DNA of 64,000 nt, from contig JAYWIR010000033.1 of assembly GCA_036172245.1 (NCBI GenBank), positions 434,001-498,000 of the forward strand. The letters are read 5' to 3'. A program made the position numbers and the translations under genes. Every line of letters begins with the position of its first letter. The first letter of the stretch is position 1. Origin of the DNA: Raillietiella orientalis (taxonomy: Eukaryota). This document shows positions 61,244 through 64,000 of the stretch, in pieces. The notes below the pieces were generated by a model that saw only the letters and a program-made list of their open reading frames with translations, was not told where the DNA came from and searched no databases.

Positions 61244-63438
61244 ATCTTTCAGAAGTCCCACAAGGGGTGGGGTAGATTTATTCTCTATTTTTGAAAACAC
61301 ATTTATTAGACAATCACATTCTTATAACATACCCACTTAACATCACTCCCAAGACCTTGGGGATATCACAAGTTCTTCTTTCAGGGTGGACTTCCAGATG
61401 TTTGGTCCCGGGCGTCGTCTTCAATCCACTTCAGGATGAATTGGCAGGTCCAGGCATGGATTCGTCCACAATTCCTGATGCCGATATCCTTCTTGATGAG
61501 TCCATGAAGGATCTTTATCGTAGGTGCGGCTCTCCTGGCTTTCCTCATCTTCCACCACCGCACAAGTATGGCGGTGATGAAGAGGGCAATGGTCGTCCTC
61601 ACCATGGGATTGTTACAGGGAACATTACCATCTCCCTGAAACATCCAGGCGAGGACCTCTGTTGTGGTGTTAATGGTGAGTTCAATGATACTTTTCAGGA
61701 TCAGCCAGTCGTGTAGCAATGTGGGACACGTCAAGACGTGAAGACTTGTGTCGGTGTCGCCACATACTGCGCAGTTTCGATCTTCCCGTCTCCCGGTGAA
61801 GTACTGAAGTCTGGACCCGCTTTAGATTTCTCCATGATAAAACATCAGGAGGTTCTCCTGCGTGTCCGGCGAAGGGTCACTCCTCCAGACCGTCGTTCCG
61901 ATCGCTAACAGGTTGATCCGGTCACTCCAGTAGCGATCGGCGGCTTCTTGGAGGGCACTGATGTCTCGGTCATCTTCTTTGATGAGTCTTCGGAGGTTTA
62001 TTTCTATCATCCTAGACGACGCGAGGTCGTTGTGGTTGATCTACATCTCGCGGGTCATGTTGGTGAGCCTTCCTAACATGATCTCTATATACCGAAGTAT
62101 ACGAGTGTGATGTAGGTAGCCTCCTCTTCTTCACTCCTAAATTCGATGCAGGGTAACTCTGGTCCGCCGGTAGATAAAGCTTCTCATATCCGAAGGAACC
62201 GGAAGCATCCATGGGATCACCAGGATGGACTCGTCCTGCCAGAGTTCCCTAATTCTCTGCACGATCTTGATTTTGCCCTTACGGACCAGCCGTTGCTTCC
62301 TCCTCCAGGTTGGGTCGATGCATGTCCACTCTCCTGCTCGGCCAAGCAGCGCAGTCATCAGGCCTTTCGAGTTGTTCAGCAACAACGCATAGGTCCTGTG
62401 CACCGCATATGGCCAGTCATCCCAATGGGTGGCGATATCCAGGATGTGTCGCATATCCATGATTTCCATGGAATGTGCAGGCGACTTCATTCCGGAACAG
62501 CCTTCTTCCCTGGGACGACACAGGGGTTTCAGACGAACTTTTGGGCGATAGTGGCTCCACAGTGTTTTGCGTTGCAGCTTCTCTACCTCTCTCGTGGTTT
62601 CTTTGTTCACTCTAGCGAAGGCGGCCTCAAAGAGTACCTTTGGAAGGATTACTCCGTTTGACAGGTTAACCCTTCGCTCCATCCCAAAGTCCAGTCGAGT
62701 GTATTTGGCTGCCTCCGTGGCCGTTTTCTTCAGGATTTCCGCCCACAGTAGCTTCGATGCGGAGTCGTCGCCTATGTAGTGTCCCAGGTACTTGGCTGTG
62801 TCTACCGTACGGAATCCACTCCCTGTGAAAGCGAAGAGATCCAGTATTCCGACGGGCAAAAGCTGGCTCTTCCAAGCATTGATCTTCAGGCCCAGTCCAT
62901 CTCTCATAAGGCTGACCACATCCAGGAACGTCAGTTGATCCCTCTCACCTCTTATTAAGAAGAGGAGATCGTCCGCGTAGGCTAGATGGGCTCGCTTCTG
63001 GTCGTCTACGTTCACTTCGTTCAAACGTCCGTTCTTCTCGACGAAAGAAGAAAGCTCTTCCATATAAATAACAAACAGCATCGGACTTAGCGAGTCGCCC
63101 TGCCGAACTCCTCGTTCCATCCGAATGACAGCCGTTTCCATTCCATTGATTTCATTCCGGAAGCGTTGATTCCGGAGGATCATTTGCACGTTACTGAAGT
63201 ATTCTGGAAGTCCCAGCTTTTCCGAAATCTTCAGCAGCATCTCGTGGTCGACTGTGTCGAAGACTTTTTCCATGTCTGTGAACGCAAGCACCAGGTACTC
63301 GCCGACGTATCGGCTAAGTCCCACGATAGCCTGGGCGCACTTGACATTGTCCAGCATGTAGCGTCCAGGTACTGCACACATCTGAACATTCAATATCAGC
63401 CTCGACATTACTTTGCCTAAGCGGTTGGCCTTGATCTT
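61244..63438 (-). mobile_element. Family A copy A5, 3' 2.2 kb only, diverged
   Basis: ORF 62137-63408 with DMEKVFD, GVRQGDSLSP and HLAYADD; A-type 3' end. Confidence 0.92.
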
Positions 63439-64000
63439 ACTGCCCGCTCGCCAGGTGAGGCGAGCACCACGGCCTCGCTTTCCCAGCCGTGATCACGGCT
63501 GGGAAAGCGATCGCGAGGGCGATCGCATCTTCTCGTCGTGACGTGCTGGAACGTCAGCGGTCTCCAACGCGGAGAGAAGAGGCGACTAGTAGCTAACGCT
63601 CTGCGCGCCTTCGACTTGACGCTCCTGCAGGAGATTCACAGCATCTCCGAAGACCAGGCTGCCGAAATCAAACGGCATGTGGGCGGAACGCTACATTATA
63701 GGTGCTGCGTCGAACGTACGTGCAGCGTCGCTTTCCTCGTACGAGGAACTATGGCGGGTGCGGTGCGCGGCGTTCGCTTCGACACGGAAGGCCGAGTGGG
63801 ACAGCTTGTACTCAAGTTGTCCGAATCGATAGAACTTGTCGTAACGAACGTGTACGCGCCGAGCAGTGCTGGATGATGGGCCAGAAGGATCGAGTTTCTC
63901 GGTACCGTTCGAAGCCAGTGGCTCACTCGTTCTCACCCTACTGTGGCGCATCTCATCGCGGGGGACTTTAATATCCACCTGCTGACCGAGAATAGCGCAC
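63436..64000 (+). mobile_element. C3 continuation (ORF1 end plus APE), runs off the window
   Basis: Matches C1 from 16022; CWNVSG, LQEIH, NVYAPS, GDFN. Confidence 0.9.
63475..63510. repeat. Perfect 36-bp palindrome at the C3 ORF1/ORF2 junction
   Basis: tcgctttcccagccgtga|tcacggctgggaaagcga; absent from C1 at 16061-16085. Confidence 0.95.

Noticed and set aside
15404..64000. All repeated junctions explained by segmental duplication of one composite
   Set aside because: It cannot be fully excluded for C1/C2. It does not explain the TSD-spaced tandems in two families, the distinct A4 5' end, the different hosts at the KAFD site, or the GFG site used on both strands.

Overview
Eukaryotic repeat DNA. 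Essentially the whole 64 kb is non-LTR retrotransposons of the L1/Tx1 type: ORF1 has CCHC knuckles, and ORF2 has an APE endonuclease, an RT with YADD and a C-terminal CxxC..H..C finger. I see no host gene. The copies fall into several lineages, which I label A-H, and they form ordered nests. Each lineage sits at its own fixed site inside another retrotransposon, in antisense orientation, with 14-16 bp target-site duplications (TSDs) where junctions survive. A inserts in C ORF1. C and F insert in the APE region of B-type elements. B inserts at the LQDW codons of D. B' inserts at the RT DL(R/H)KAFD codons. D/E-type elements insert at the GFG codons. One nest is complete (F > B4 > C2 > A4, 41737-59845), and the right half of a deeper nest fills 1-40740. 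Three further shared signals: (1) a poly(A)-less 3' end made of AATAAA plus a stem-loop with compensatory changes; (2) TAATG stop-start coupling of ORF1 and ORF2; (3) a DPE-like GGACG at element 5' ends exactly 27 nt downstream of an Inr-like CAGT supplied by the antisense strand of the target. Family labels and boundaries come from manual comparison and are accurate to within a few nt.
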